Notes under the pieces: generated by a model
Told to the model about the DNA's origin: nothing
The model's database searches: none
Seen by the model: only the letters and a program-made list of their open reading frames with translations
In this document: positions 1-15,409 of the stretch, piece by piece
Numbering within the stretch: position 1 is the stretch's first letter
Layout of the letters: the number at the start of each line of letters is the position of its first letter
Translations under genes and position numbers: made by a program
Assembly (NCBI RefSeq): GCF_009914755.1
Contig: NC_060940.1
From: the human T2T-CHM13v2.0 reference genome, Homo sapiens
Length of the DNA stretch: 64,000 nucleotides
Reading direction: 5' to 3' (one strand)

Positions 1-2
1 TA

Positions 3-363
<361 letters not shown>

Positions 364-622
364 TCTCATGAGCTCAGATGTCTAAAATCTTATCTCAATC
401 ACCTAAGTCAAGTACTTATAAGAATCTGAGCATGATCCCTCCTGGGTCAAAGTTTCTCTCCAACTGTGGACCTGTAAAACTAGAAAACGGATTATCTGCT
501 CCCCAGATGCAATTGTGGAACAGGCATGGGATATCAGTTACAGGGGTTTTTGATCAAAAAAGGAATCAATGAAAAGAAAAAACAAGTTACCACATCCAAA
601 CAATTTTGGAATTCAGTTAGGC

Positions 623-940
623 AGTCCGGATGCAGTGGCTAATCCCTGTAATCCTAACACTATGGGAGGCCAAGGTGGTTGGAATGCTTGAGCCCAGACA
701 TTGGAGACCAACCTGGACAACGTGGTGAAACCCCACCTCTAAAAAAGAAAAAAAAAATACAAAAACAGATTAGCTGGGTATGGTGGTGCATGCCTGTAGT
801 CCAACCTACTCAGGAGGCTGAGGTGGGAGAATCACTTGAGACCAGGAAGTCGAAGGTGCAGTGAGTGATCACATCACCACACTCCAGTCTGGCCTTCAGG
901 GTGAGACACTGTTTCCAGAAAAAAAAAAAAAAAAAAAAAA
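623..940 (+). mobile_element. Alu (AluJ-type, diverged)
   Basis: Dimeric Alu with poly-A tail at 919-940. Confidence 0.9.
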
Positions 941-1124
941 GGAGAGGAGAGATTCAGTTAGGCAAACATTAGGCTTCAAAGCCTAGAAATAATCCTCTCC
1001 CATCTCTGTCCTTTGAGCTTGAGGCTCTACCCTCTGAGTAACCAGTCCTTTCTCATGAAGGGTAATATGTGTTTCCAGCCTAAGAGTTTTAACCGTCATT
1101 TCCTGCCTGTAGAATTTGGGGAGT

Positions 1125-1360
1125 ATATCATAGGTGATAATTGAACAATGAGAACACTTGGACAGAAGGCGGGGAATATCACACACCGGGGCCTGTCAGG
1201 GGGTAGGGGGCTGGGGGAGGGATAGCATTAGGAGAAATACTTAATGTAAATGATGAGTTGATGGGTGCAGCAAACCAACAGGGGACATGTATACCTATGT
1301 AACAAACCTGCACATTGTGCACATGTACCCTAGAACTTCGAGTATAATAATAATAAAAAA
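1125..1360 (+). mobile_element. L1PA 3' end, 5'-truncated
   Basis: L1PA 3'UTR (aattgaacaatgagaacacttggac...gcacatgtaccctagaact). TSD agaattt(g/a)gggagt at 1111-1124 and 1361-1374. Confidence 0.92.
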
Positions 1361-2295
1361 AGAATTTAGGGAGTGTAATGGCCTTCCTTCATTTTATCTT
1401 CTCTGTTCCCTTCTGTCCAAATTGCCAATGTTTATGCTGGTAGGAAATTTCAAAAACCTTATGGGTCTCCTGAGTATGTCATGGGGATTCACTCCATCAG
1501 ACAAAAAATGGTTCTTCACAGTTCTTTCCTAGATAATCCTAATATCTATTCTTTGCTTCTGATTTGATGGCCAAGGGGTACATGAGTCTCATACCTAATC
1601 TCTTCAAAGAGCACTCTGTGTGGCTGAATACTGGGACTTTTTATCTTTCCAACGAACTAGCAAAAAAAAACTGTTCAGCCATACCCTTTCCTAACATGCT
1701 TTCCTGATAGTAAATCTCCTAATTTTAGCATCTTTTGCAATCCAGATAGGCTGAGAATTTCCCAAGTCATCAAATCTTGCTTTCTTTTTGCTTAACAGTT
1801 CTTGCTTCAATCTCTTTCCTCTCACATTTTACTAAAAGGAGCAAGAAGAAACCAGGCTGCCCCTTCAACACTTTACCAAGTTCATTGCTTGCAAGTTCAG
1901 ATTTCCACACAACTGTAGCATATAATTCAGATAAATGCTCTGCCACTATATAACAAGGATGTCCTTTCCTCCAGTTTTCAATAACATTTCCTTCGTAGGT
2001 AGCCCTCCCTGGTAATGCTTTTAACGTCCATATTTCCACCAAAAGTCTGTTCATGATGATTTAGGTAGTCTCTAAAATGATGTATGCCTTCTCTAACATG
2101 TTTCTTACTTCTGAGTCCCCAGAAACAGAACTGTTAGCATTCGTATTTCCACTCACAGTCTGTTGAAGGATGTCTAGTCTTTTTCTCTGATGTGTCTCCA
2201 AATTATTCTAGCCTCTGCCCAACACACAATTCCAAGGCCACTGCCACTTTTTAAGGTATTTGTTACAACAGAGCCCTATTCTTGGCACCAAAATC

Positions 2296-2665
2296 TGTAT
2301 TATTGAGGGTTCAATTAAAGGAACAGATGAGCGGGAGACATATATTAAGAAATACATGACAAGGAATTGGCTTACATGATTGTGGGGAATGGGTAGGTAA
2401 GTCCAATATCCACAGGGCAGGCTGGAACTTCTGGGCATGAGCTAAACCTTCTCTCCTCAGGTGGAATTTACTCTTCAGAGAAGCCTCAGCTCTACTCTTA
2501 AGGCATCTGACTGATTGAATCAGGCCCACCCAGATTATCTAAGATAACCTCCCTTAAAGTCAACTGATTATAAGCTTTAATCACACCTACAAAACACCTT
2601 CACAACCCACCTACATTAGAGTTTGACTGAGTACAGACTGTAGCCCCATCCAAGTTGACACAGAA
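2296..2665 (-). mobile_element. MLT2-like (ERVL) LTR
   Basis: Hallmarks tgtatt...aaggaattggcttacatgattgtggg...aagtcaactgatta...caagttgacaca. Confidence 0.7.
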
Positions 2666-4996
2666 CTGACAGTTGTTGCATTCATCATACTCCGTCCCTA
2701 ACACTCAAGACAGCTTCTCACGCATTCCTCTATCTCCTCCCCTGGGGCCAAGGTCCAGATAAGCACATATAAGTTAAGTGAGCAAGTCTAAAAGCAGATG
2801 CGCTTATCCTTTCAATCACTCTACTTTTCATCACTCTCCCTTTTACACTCTGCTCCACCATCCAACCCCACTGGTTCTGAAGGTTTCCTATTGAACCACC
2901 CTCCCAGAAAGCCCATCATCTTCTGCTTTGGAAAGCCAATATTGTAAATATTGGAAGCATAACTTCCAGCACACACAAACACACACACACGCAATATCAT
3001 CCCACCTCTTCAACAGATGAAGGCGAAAACAACTAAAATCCAAGAGTAAATCTCCAGCTAAAAACAAGCTCAAATAGCAACAAGAACTTCAAGGAGGAGA
3101 TTCATTTGCAACTAGGTGCTAATGAAACCAGGTCCTCCTTCCAAGAAAATCAAACTGTGTAACTCAGAATAGCCAATTTAGGATGCAAGAGGCATTTGGC
3201 TAATTATACTCAATTGTAGACCTGTTATCCATGGTGTTAAACAAGGACTAAAGGTTAAAGATACTGATTAATAATTAATAAACTATCTCATTAAAAAAAG
3301 AAATCATTGCAATATTTTGCTCTGCATATTCTAGGTGACCTTTTCCTCCCCCATTTTTCTTCATATTTTGGATGAATTTATCTGTCAGTGGAAATGTCTT
3401 GAAAGAATAAGTTCACTCCACCTTCACAAGGATGGTAATGATGATGATGTTTATAGCAGCTACCATTTATCGGGGAACTGACCTTGGGCCTCACGACTGT
3501 GCTAAGCACTTAACAGACAATGTTTCGTTTTATCATTATTATGACCTGAGGCCCTGAAAAAGAATTTGAGCTCCCAGTGGTTTGAGAAATGATCCCAGGA
3601 AACACTGGTAAGAGGAAAGAGAAGTGAGACAGGGAAGTAAAAGGAAACAATAAATGGTAAATTTTAAATTAAGTGACTGCTTAAGGCAACTGGGCCTTAA
3701 GATCACTAGAGACATCTGGGATATAGCATGAAATATCTACTCTACATCACAGTTATCCTGCCTACAAGACAAAGGACTGGAGTGCTTATCCACAAATCCC
3801 TACCGTTGGCTGCTTCCAGCACCTTCACTCCCCCTGCAGGTGGGCTAAACCTGCTTCCAAAGCCAGAAAAGACAGAGTCGGAGGGGTTCACAGTGAGCAA
3901 GCTTCAGTATATGGAGGCAAGGACTGGGGGCATATGGGAAAGCCCCAACAGCACATGCTACATAACCCTAATAAGTAGGTGGTACCACCCTCATTTAAAA
4001 GGAGAACAAAAATGAGGCTCAGAGAAGATAAAGTAACTTGCTTAAATGAGGAGGCTGGATTGAAAGCAGGCCTGACTCTAAAGTCACATTCCTGCCCCCT
4101 ACACATGCTGACAGGTGTTCCTATTTTCTCCATCTTAGTTTGAGCCATATCACCCACACCTGGAGGTCTGCAATGACCTAATGCTTTCACCTGCCTCCAG
4201 TCCTTCCTGCACACTATGGACAATTTCATTTCCCTTCCTTAGCTACTTACAAAACGGAGGACGAAGTTCAAACTCCATATTCAGGCACTCGATTATTCCC
4301 GTCAGCTGGCTGTATGGCCACTGTATGCCTTCCTGCCCCAGCCCTGGCCTACATTTCCTTAATTCAACTCACGTGCCATTTTTCTTCTTTTCAATAAAAA
4401 TTCACTGTGCACCTATTCTGTGCGAGACACTATAGTTTCCTCCTCTGTAAAATGGGGGTAATTGTAGGGTTAAGAGCATTAAATGAGAGAGTGTGACATG
4501 CTTAGCACAAAGTAAGGGCTGAAGCAATGCAAGCCCGCATTATGAGCTCACCCAAGAGTCATGACTTTATCCTCAGAGCCTGGGATGCACCACATAGTAC
4601 TTGTCATAAACTCCTAGATACTGAACATGATCTCTCTGCCTCTGAGGGGCCAGCTCCTTGAGATAATGGGCTGTACAGTCTGGGATGACAGAAAGAACCT
4701 TGGGCTTATAGCCAGAAGCCAGATTCCAAATTTGGATTTTACCAATCCCTGGCCATGAGACTCTGACCATATGAATCCACTCCTAGACCCTAGTTCTGTC
4801 ATCACCAAGGTGGGCATGGCACTTTCCTCTTGGCATTAGTAGAAATTAAAGGCTCTGTAGATAATGCTTCATGAAAAGTGGGCTGTTTCCATCAAGCCTA
4901 AATCATATAAGTGTGTGAGATGGTTAACACTGAAGACTCAGAAGTCAGAGCGGGCTGAGTTTGAAACCACATTCGATCACTATTCAACTGTGAGAC

Positions 4997-5367
4997 TGTA
5001 TTGGTTCATTTTCACAATGTAAAGAACTATCTGAGACTGGGTAATTTATAAGGAACAGAGGTTTAATTGACTCACCGCTTGGCATGGCTGGGGAAGGAGA
5101 CCTCAGGAAACTTACAATCATGGTGGAAGACGAAGAGGAAGCGAGGAACATCTCACACAGCGGAAGGATGGGGATGGGTAGAAAAGAAGCAATTGACACA
5201 CACTTTTAAACCATCAGATCTCGTGAGAACTCGCTTACTATCACGAGAACAGCAAGGGGAAAATCCGCCCCCGTTATCCAATCACCTCCCACCAGGCCCC
5301 TCCCTGACACGTGGGGATTACAATTTGAGATGAGATTTGGGTGGGGACGCAGAGCCAAACCATATCA
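4997..5367 (-). mobile_element. MST/THE1-family MaLR solo LTR inserted in a MIR
   Basis: Termini tgtatt...agccaaaccatatca with a perfect 5-bp TSD gagac. Confidence 0.92.
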
Positions 5368-6556
5368 GAGACACTGTGCACTCTGTTTCCTTCTATGAGC
5401 CCCAGTTTTCCCATCTGTCAAGCAGGGGTAAGAATAGTGCCAGCATCCCAGACTTACTGTGAGGATTAAATGAGATATTTAAAGTACCTGGCATAGTTTC
5501 TTGCACATAATAAAATTTCAATACATGCCAACTATTATCATTATCATTATTACTATGCCATCATTATCAGAATGTTTTGAATATAGAATTGCTTGAGGAT
5601 AGTTTATTGAATGATGAGTGAATTAAGTGCTGAGAGAACATCATCCACTAAGGTCTGAGTACCTAGATTTCAGAATTCTTGGTATGGGAGTTCTCCAGTG
5701 GGGAAACAAAAAGCCTTGCAATTAAGAAAACTGAAAAAGAACAGAACAGGCTTGGCCCAGTTGCCGAAGACCAGTCGTGTGTGAAATGCCTCAGAACACC
5801 GGATGGAGACAGCACGGATCAAGCCAAGTAAAAATTGAGAGCATGAAACAGACAGCCCTGGAGGCCTGGAATCTGCTGAGGCCATTTCTTCCTGAGACCT
5901 AGGGGTGGAAGCTTGGGGGTCAAGTCTGCTTTGAGAGGCAAGATCTCAGGCTGTGTGCAGAACACTTTTGCACCTCGTGTCTCAGTGATGGGAGGTCAGG
6001 GTGAGCTTCCCCACCAAACCCCAACAGGTGTTTATTATACCCTGTGGGGAGGCAGGGAGAGGAGAGGGAAATGTCTCTTCTGAAGAGGCCTAGGGCAAGA
6101 GGGGCAGCTGAAAGCCTCATTACAATGAAAACAGAAAATAGATCAAATTAAAAGCCAATTAAAAACAAAAGCCAATCTGCTTCCATTGTTAAAATCCAGA
6201 TTCCAGTTGTCTGTCTGTAGGGTTTGGCCTGTGCAATTTAAACAAGACATCCCAGGGGATACAGATGTGGCTGCTCACACTTAGAGTAGTAAGGCCTTGG
6301 ATGTTACTTAGTCCAGTGTTTCCAGACTTTCTTTACGATAAGAATCACCTGGGGATACCTTGTTAAAAAGGCAAGTATGCAACCTTACCCAAACATACTG
6401 AATCAAAGTGGGGTGGGGGGAATACCCAAGAGGTTGTAAGTTTAAAGAGCTCACAGGTTATTTTTAATATCAGAGAGGTTTAGGAAACACTGATTTGGTC
6501 TGTATCAGGTGCAGCAAATTCAAATATGTGCAGAACCCAGAGAGATGAGATAAATA

Positions 6557-6700
6557 ATTTTTATTTTTTTGAAGGGAGTCTCACTCTATCCCCCAGGCTG
6601 GAGCACAGTGGCGCAATCTTGGCTCCCTGCAACCTCCGCCTCCCAGGTTAAAGTGATCCTCATGCCTCAGTCTCCAGAGTAGCTGGGATTACAGGCACCT
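6557..6700 (-). mobile_element. Alu right-arm fragment
   Basis: T tract followed by gagtctcactct...gtagctgggattacaggcacc. Confidence 0.88.
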
Positions 6701-7635
6701 GAGATCCAGTAAATGAGAAATAGGAATCTATAGCCCTGCTGAACATTTCATAAGGCCTGGCATAATTCAAATTCTGCCCTGTAATCAGGCTGTCCCAGGC
6801 AACACAGGCAAGATTAAAGAAATATTTAAGTTTATTTGCTTTGGGCTGGAATATATATAACTCAGTGTAGTTCCACTGGTTACCTTATGTTCTGTTGATC
6901 TGCATTTCTAAGTGGCAATTGATTGTATGCTGTTAATTCATTTTTTTAAATAAAATCGATTAGTACTTAATTAATGTATTTTGTTTTGCCGGCAAAACAC
7001 ACAGTATACCATGACGATAAAAAGCCGCAGGATAAGAAGAGTCCCTGGTGAAGAAAAGGTGAGGAACTTCAGAAGAATTCAGGCCCAAATCTCTTTCAAA
7101 GATTTGGAAACTGGGTTCCCAAAAAGAGAGTTGACACATCCAGGGTCGGAGTGATAGTGACACAGTCAAGACTAGAATCCAAGTCTTCCCTGACTCTCAA
7201 TCTAGTAAATTTTTCTATTATAATTCAAATAGGTAGCCTATGGGAGAATGAGATCTTTGGTTTTCTCTAGTCCAGAAAACACTCTTTCTTCTGGCACTTT
7301 TGGGGAACCAACTGTCCCCACTTTTCATTCCATGTAGCTCAAGTGGGGCAACTTCAGCATCTCCAGCTCTCAGGATATGCACATGACCAGCCTGGTCAGT
7401 CAGTGTATTCCTATCCTGAACAATGTGATTGGTTGATTTATGGGCAAGTGAGGAAGAGGAGTCCAATCAGAGTTAGCCCTGGGACTTCTGATGAAGCGAC
7501 CAGGAAGTGGACTCTGCACTCTGTTTCCCCTAAGTCACTTAACTGACAGAATAAAGATGCAACACTTCTGCTAGTGACTGTCTTGCCACACTGGGAGTTG
7601 GGGTGGGGAGACATTCCCTGAATAAAGTCAGTACA

Positions 7636-7931
7636 GGCTGGGTGTGGTGGCTCCTGCCTGTAATCCCAGAAATTTTGGAGGCCAAGGTGGGAGGACTGCT
7701 TGAGCCCAGGAGTTTGAGACCAGCCTGGGCAACATAGTGAGACCCCATCTCTTCAAAAATAAAAATAAGCAACCAGGCATGGTGGTATGCACCTGTAGTC
7801 CAAGCTACTCAGGAGGCTGAGGTGGGAGGATCGCTTGAACCCCGGAGGGTGAGGCTGGAGTGAGCCAGATCGTGCCACTGCACTCCATCTTAGGAGACAG
7901 AGCAAGACACTGTCTCAAAAAAATAAAAAAT
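7636..7931 (+). mobile_element. Alu (AluJ-type)
   Basis: Dimeric Alu, directly followed by a second Alu. Confidence 0.93.
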
Positions 7932-7932
7932 A

Positions 7933-8238
<306 letters not shown>

Positions 8239-9138
8239 CACAATGAATACAGAGAAGAATCAAGGGGAAAAGCAGGAGAGACCAAATCCAAATGACACCT
8301 GGATCTAGCCAGGCTGGAAGATTCCTGCTCTTTTCAGTTACATCACCCACCTTGTCTGACTTCCTACAGCTGCCATTGGTTAAAAACAACCATAATGCCA
8401 GACCTTTTCATATATTTCTGTTGTAAAAATTGAGATTTTACAGATGATGTTCATTTACACTATGGCATGCCATCCTCAGGGCACCTCTGTGAGGTAAATA
8501 GGCCAAGGGCTATTTTCCACATTTTACAAATGAGATACCAGAGCTCAGAAGGGAATGATGCATTGCCAAAGGTCACACTGCTCACCAACAGCAGGACAGG
8601 GACAATAAATCTGGTCTTATGACTCCAGCTGAGAGTGCTTTCCACCACAGCACTATGTCTAACCTGGTGGAAATGCAGCAACTTCAATCCTCACCTGCCT
8701 CAACTTAGGAGAAGCCTCTGCCTCTCCTATCACACTCAACAGGGATATGTTTCTTGAGGCTGATGCCAGCTCAAAGCTTCATTGCAAAATTCTTCCAGGC
8801 TACCTGTTCTGAGTTATAGGAAATATCCCAAAGCGCCCATGTCCTACCATTCCAGGGTGCAAAAGAGCACGAACCCACAAGAAGATATTGGAAGATTTAC
8901 TGAGCCACAGGGAAATGAGGAAATGAGAGCAAAGTAAGGAAGTTATATAAGGGTCACACACACACACACTCAAAAAACCCAGGGTTAAGGTTAGCTGCAG
9001 CACACAGAGACTTGCAGCTTACATTTAGGGAGACGAATAAGTTTAAAGAACAGATAAATTAAAAAGACTAAGGCTCCATACACGTCAGAGCCCTGACTTA
9101 ACCTCAACCATCCAGGCTCAAGTTAAACCAACGAAAGT

Positions 9139-9439
9139 GACCAGGCATAGTGGCTCATGCCTGTAATCCCAACACTTTGGGAGGTCAAGGCAGGAGGATC
9201 AAGGCCACAAGTTCAAGACCAGCCTGGGCAACACAGCAAGACCCTGTCTCTACAAAACATTTAAAAATTACCCGGGCATGGTGGTGTGCGGTGGTGAGTA
9301 TAGTCTCTGCTACTCAGGAGGCTGAAGAGGGAAGATTGCTTGAGCCCAGGAGTTCAAGGCTGCAGTGAGCTGAGATCATGCCACTGTACTCTAGTATGGG
9401 CAATAGAGCAAGACTCTGTCTCTAAAAACACAAACAAAT
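9139..9439 (+). mobile_element. Alu (AluJ-type)
   Basis: Dimeric Alu with ttaaaccaac repeated in both flanks. Confidence 0.92.
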
Positions 9440-10407
9440 TTAAACCAACCAAAGACACCCTAACCCTCTCCCATTTCCACCTAGCTTCTCTCAAGTCCCT
9501 GTCTCTGAATCAGACCCTCTTGCTATGATCTCTCTCAGTCACATTCCCATGTAAAATTCTCGGGTCTCATCCCTTTTCCAATTAGGTATTTAATACAACT
9601 CTGATCCTGGTGCCACCACATAATAATTTACACAGAACACTTAATTAGCTTCTTAGATAAAAATAACATGTAATTTGTTTGGTAATTATATGTTTCCACA
9701 ACTGCTGAAAGCAACTCATTATAGGAATTTGGTATACTTAGGATAGATTACCTTAATTCTATTTTCTGTTTATCCAATTAGATTTGCCGGTCTTAATTGT
9801 ACTATAAATTGTGTTGAGCTGGTGAAGATGACTATGAAGTTGTTGTTCCTTCAGATTTCATGGTTGGTATGCATGTCGCTGGTGTTTGCTCCAGGCACTG
9901 ACTAACTCTGTCTGGGTTGTGAAAACAAGGACACTGTAAGACCTTTCATACCATTCAAAGAAGAAAGTGGACAACGCCTTCCGCTAAGGGCCTCCTTAAC
10001 GTGGTGTATTCCAGTGTGTGGTATACTGATGGTGTACAAGATCATTTTAGATGGTGCAGGGATACATTTTCCTCTTAAATTTTCAAAAATTCAGGAGCCA
10101 TTCTACTATATTAAAAAATATAAATAGCATATCTGAACCATAATTTCAAGCAAATTATTGCTTGAAATGAAGCTTAAGTAGGTATTTATGTTTAAAAACC
10201 TTGAGTTATTTAAGGATAGTTGATGATATTAAGGAATTATTAATTAAGAGGAATAATAAAATTGTATTTATAGTCAATACAGGAGTTCTTTTAATATACT
10301 TACTGAAACTTTAAATTAAAATGATATAAGTTCTGAGATTTGCATTAAAATAATCAGGGGGTTGGTAAGGTATTAGGGAGGAGGGAGTATTAAGAAAACA
10401 AGATTAT

Positions 10408-10698
10408 GCAGGGTGCGATGGCTCATGCCTTTAATCTCAGCATTTTGGGAGACCAAGGCAAGTGGATCTCTTGAGCCCAGGAGTTTGAGACCAGCCTGGG
10501 CAAAATGGTGAAACCCCATCTCTACAGAAAAACACAAAAATGAGCCAGGCATGGTGGCACACACCTGTAGTACCAACTACTAGGGAGGCTGAGGCAGGAG
10601 GATTGCTTGAGCTCAGGAGATGGAGGTTACAGTGAGCCACTATCACGCCACTGTATTCCAGCCTGGGCAACAGAGTGAGACTCTGTCTCAAAAAAAAA
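10408..10698 (+). mobile_element. Alu (AluJ-type)
   Basis: Dimeric Alu inserted in an old L1 3' end. Confidence 0.93.
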
Positions 10699-10858
10699 TT
10701 TTTTTTTTAAATAAGATTGTCCCCAACATGGCTCTCTTGGATAATGCCATAATGAACATGAGTGAACATGAGGGTACAGATATTTCTTTGAGATCCTGAT
10801 TTCAATTCTTTGGGATATGTACCCAGAAGTGGGATTGCTGGATCATAAGATAGTTCCA

Positions 10859-10917
10859 TTAGGTTGGTGCTATTACTTTTAATTGCAAAAACCACAATTA
10901 CTTTTGCACCAACCGAT
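10859..10917. mobile_element. MADE1 (Hsmar1-derived MITE), internally deleted
   Basis: ttaggttggtgc...ttgcaaaaaccacaattacttttgcaccaacc matches MADE1, with part of the left arm missing. Confidence 0.85.
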
Positions 10918-11425
10918 AATAAAAATTTAAAAATTTTTCGAGGAGCCGCCATACTGTTTTTCATATCAGCTGCATTATTTTACATTAGCACCAACAGTGT
11001 ACAAGGGTTCCAATGTCCCCACATCCTTGCCAACACTTGTTATCTTTGGTCATTTTTATAATAGCCATCCTAACAGGTGTGAGATAATTTCACAGTCACT
11101 CGTTGTGGTTTTGTGTTGCATCTCCCTGATGATTAATGATGTTGAGAACCTTTTTAATGCCTGTTGGCCATTTGCATGTCTTCTTTGAAGAATCATATAT
11201 TTCAAGTCCTTTGTCCATTTTTTAATTGTCCATTTAATAATTTTCACTACTGAGTCATAGGAATTTCTTATATATTTTGGATATTAGCCCCTTATCAGAT
11301 ATATAATTTGCAAATATTTTCTCCCATTCTATAGGATACCTTTTCATTCTGTTGATTGTTTCCTTTGCTTCGCAGAAGTTTCATTGCAGCATTATTCAGA
11401 ACAGCCAAGATACGGAAATAACCTA

Positions 11426-11701
<276 letters not shown>

Positions 11702-12402
11702 TTATACAATGGAAAATTGTTCAACCTAAAAAAAAAAAGAAAAAAAAGTCCGCTATTTGCAGTAACATGGAAAAACCTGGACCATTCTGCTATGTGAAAT
11801 AAGACCATTACAGAGGACAAAAACTGCATGATTCCACCCATACAGGATATCTAAAATAGACTCATAGAAGCAGAGAATAGAATGGTGGTTGCCAAGGGTT
11901 GGGGGCATAGGGAAATGGGGAGCTGCTGTTCAATAAAGTTTTAGTTATGCAGGATGAATAAGTTCTGGAGATCTGCTGGACAACATAGTGTCTATAGTTA
12001 ACAAACTGTATTCTGCCCTTAAAATGTTCTTAAGAGAGATCTCATCTCAGGTGTTCTCACTACAACAACAACAAAAACAAAACAAAGAGACACAAGGAAA
12101 CTGTTGAAGTGAAAGATATATCTATTACCTTGATTGTGGCCATGGTTTCACAGGCACATGCATACATCCAAACTCATCAAATTATGTATATTAAACACAC
12201 GCAGTTTTTAATATTATTTAGATGTCAATGGAGCTGTTTTTAAAAAAAAAAAAATTGACCATGAGTTGAAGCTGAATTGAGGGTACATGAGTGTTCATTA
12301 CACATTCTCTCTATTCTTGTATGTTTGCTAATCTCCATAGCAATAAGTTTATTCTGAAACTGAGTCAATTTAAAGAAAAATTGATTAAATAATAATGTAC
12401 TT

Positions 12403-12607
12403 CAAGGGCCAGCATGCTTTTCTGTAAAGGGCCAGATAGTAAATGTTTTAGGATTTGTGAGCCATATGGTCGCCATAGCAACTGCTTAACTCCGCTGTTG
12501 TAATACGAAAGCACCCATAGAAAGCACATCTACAGATGGGTGCAATTCTGTTCTAATAAAACTTTATTTACAAAGACAGGTGGCAGGCCATAGTTTATAG
12601 ATCCCTA
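12403..12607. mobile_element. MER58-type hAT-Charlie DNA transposon
   Basis: ttttctgtaaagggccagatagtaaat...ccatatggtc...aataaaactttatttacaaa. Confidence 0.8.
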
Positions 12608-12723
12608 AAGTAGGTGATACCTTGATATGGCAAAATCCAGGAAGGTGATACAGGAAAGACTGAAAGAAGAACAGCATTCAGTTACTGGGACCCTGAGTCT
12701 CCTCTCTTTAGAGAAATTAATAA

Positions 12724-13133
<410 letters not shown>

Positions 13134-14078
13134 CATTCAACAACATTTTATAGAATCCCCTAAAGGTGGAGGTCATGTTTGCATCAGAGGGTGGTACAAG
13201 GGGAGGGAGGTACTTAGCCTATTCCTCACCATCTTCATCTCCCACTGAGATCACCTCACATACAGGTGCCCTTCCACTGTGCTTAGCCAGTGAGGGACTA
13301 AAGACTCCCCCACAGAGTATAAATTGCCATGTCTATTTCAGAGTGACAGCTATTAATATTATTATTGTTATGACTCTGAAAGCCCACTCATCTTTGAGTC
13401 TCTGGCAAGAGGTGAAAGACAGGTGTTGGGAGGTGGCTCCTGGAGCGTCTGTAGACAGCATTTGCCTAAATAATGGAATCCACGTGTAATAATCATGCTT
13501 GAGATAAAGAGCTTCCCCATCCCTCATGTCCACTTGCTTTTGGAGAAACTACATAAGCAACATTCCCAAGCAGATGAGGAGGCATGAAGCAAGAGACCTT
13601 GATAGTCCAGAAGCCGCATGAGAAACGTCAGCTAAATGTAGCCACCCTCTTGCTACTACCTACACAATCCTCTCCAGTGCAATTGGAAATCCTGAATCTC
13701 AGCAAAGATCAGGCATGCTAAACTCAACCCTGGAGACCTGCCTTGCTTTTCCCTCAGGCCACCCAGGTACCATGTGACTTTCTTATGAGATGATCAAAAC
13801 AGTACTTTGTAAAGGAACACATCTATTCACCAACTCACTCAGCAAAATACTTATGGCACCCCCTGTGTATGCCAGGCATAGTATTAAAGACCAGGGAGAA
13901 CAAGAAGAGTAAATCTAGTCCCACACTCTAGGAGCTTAACGAGCAGCAATTTTGCCCTCCCCCCAGCAAATAATTGTCTGGCCCATAACGTCACGTTCAA
14001 AGACTGAGAAACCCTGCTAAAAGAAGACACAGATTTTAAAGAAATGATAATGTGAAAGAATTAATTGTAGAAGTGTAC

Positions 14079-14395
14079 TGTAATCCCAGCACTTTGGGAG
14101 GCCGAGGTAAGCAGATCATTTGAGCTCAGGAGTTCGAGACCAGCCCGGGGCAACATGGTGAAACACCGTCTCTACTAAAAATACAAAAAAAAAAAAAAAA
14201 AAAAAAAATAGCCAGGCATGCAGGCATGGTGGTGCACACCTGTGGCCCCAGCTACTCAGGAGCCTGAGGTGGGAGGATCTCTTGAGCCTGGTAGGGCAGA
14301 GCTTGCAGTGAGCTGAGATTGCACCGCTGCTCTCCAGCCTGGGTAACACAGTGAGGCCCTGTCTCAAAAAAAAAAAAAAAGAAGAAGAAGAAGAA
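14079..14395 (+). mobile_element. Alu with expanded middle A tract and (GAA)n tail
   Basis: TSD agaagtgta. Tail is poly-A followed by about five GAA units. Confidence 0.92.
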
Positions 14396-14859
14396 GTGTA
14401 TACAGGGTCCAACCATAGCAAAATCATGAGGAGGATCACCCCAAAATACAAGCGTAGCTTCTACCTTAAAAACAGAAATGAAAACCCTTATGTGACCTCG
14501 TGTCCCTCTGTAGATAATTCTCCATTTCTCTCTGTTCCCTTTTATAGCAAAAATGATCTAGAGAGTTGGCTATAACCACCCTGCCTACTTCTGTGCTATT
14601 CTTTCCTCTGCGAACTCTGGTCAGGTGTGGCCACGACGGTGCTACTGAAAGGTATCCTGCAACCTCTGTGTTGTCAAATCCACAGGACAATTCTCATTCC
14701 TTGTCCTACCAGCATCAGACATAATGGAGAATTCCTTTCCTGGACTTGCCTTCCTGAGCTTCCCACTGCCCTGGTTTTCTTGCTACCCTACTGGTTGCTC
14801 CCTGTCAGCCTCCTTGATGGTTTGTCATCACCTTCCCAACCTCTCAACATTGTAGAGCC

Positions 14860-15072
14860 CAGGAATTGGCAAACTACAGCCTGTGAGCCAAATCCAGTCC
14901 ACCACCCAGTTTTTGTACATAGAGTTTCATTATAACCCAGCCATGCCCATTCATTGATGCATTATCTAGAGCTCCTTTTGTGCTAAAACGGCAGAGTTGA
15001 GTAGTTGCAACAGATCCTATGGCCTGCAAAGCCTAAAACATTTTCTACTGGCCATTTGTAGAAAAGTATGAC
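14860..15072. mobile_element. MER58-type DNA transposon (opposite orientation to the 12.4 kb copy)
   Basis: ggcaaactacagcctgtgagccaaatcc...gcagagttgagtagttgcaacaga...ggcctgcaaagcctaaaa. Confidence 0.8.
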
Positions 15073-15409
15073 CTAAGTTATCAGTTAATCATATTTCCTT
15101 AAACTGACTCCATTTTAAATGAATTTTTTATTACGAAAATTACCAAATATAAAAGAGTGGAGCATTCTGTGACCTTAAATACTATCTAAATGCCGACAGC
15201 TGCACCCACAACCCAGGCTCTCTCCTGAGCTCCGTGTTCACAGATCTAGCCAACCTGTTTGATATCTGCTTCCACTTGAATGTGAAATGATTTGCTGACA
15301 TGGCCAGAGCAGAGCTAGAGATATCTCCCTCTTCTCTGCGTCTTCCCCATCTCAACAAATGTCAACTCCATCCAGCACGTTAACTATACCATATTAAAAC
15401 TCTAACTAA

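Noticed and set aside
10859-10917. MADE1 as a possible miR-548-type hairpin
   Set aside because: About 20 bp of the left arm is missing, so the long palindrome needed for a pre-miRNA is lost.
14366-14396. GAA run in an Alu tail as an expansion-type repeat
   Set aside because: Only about five units, a common Alu-tail derivative.
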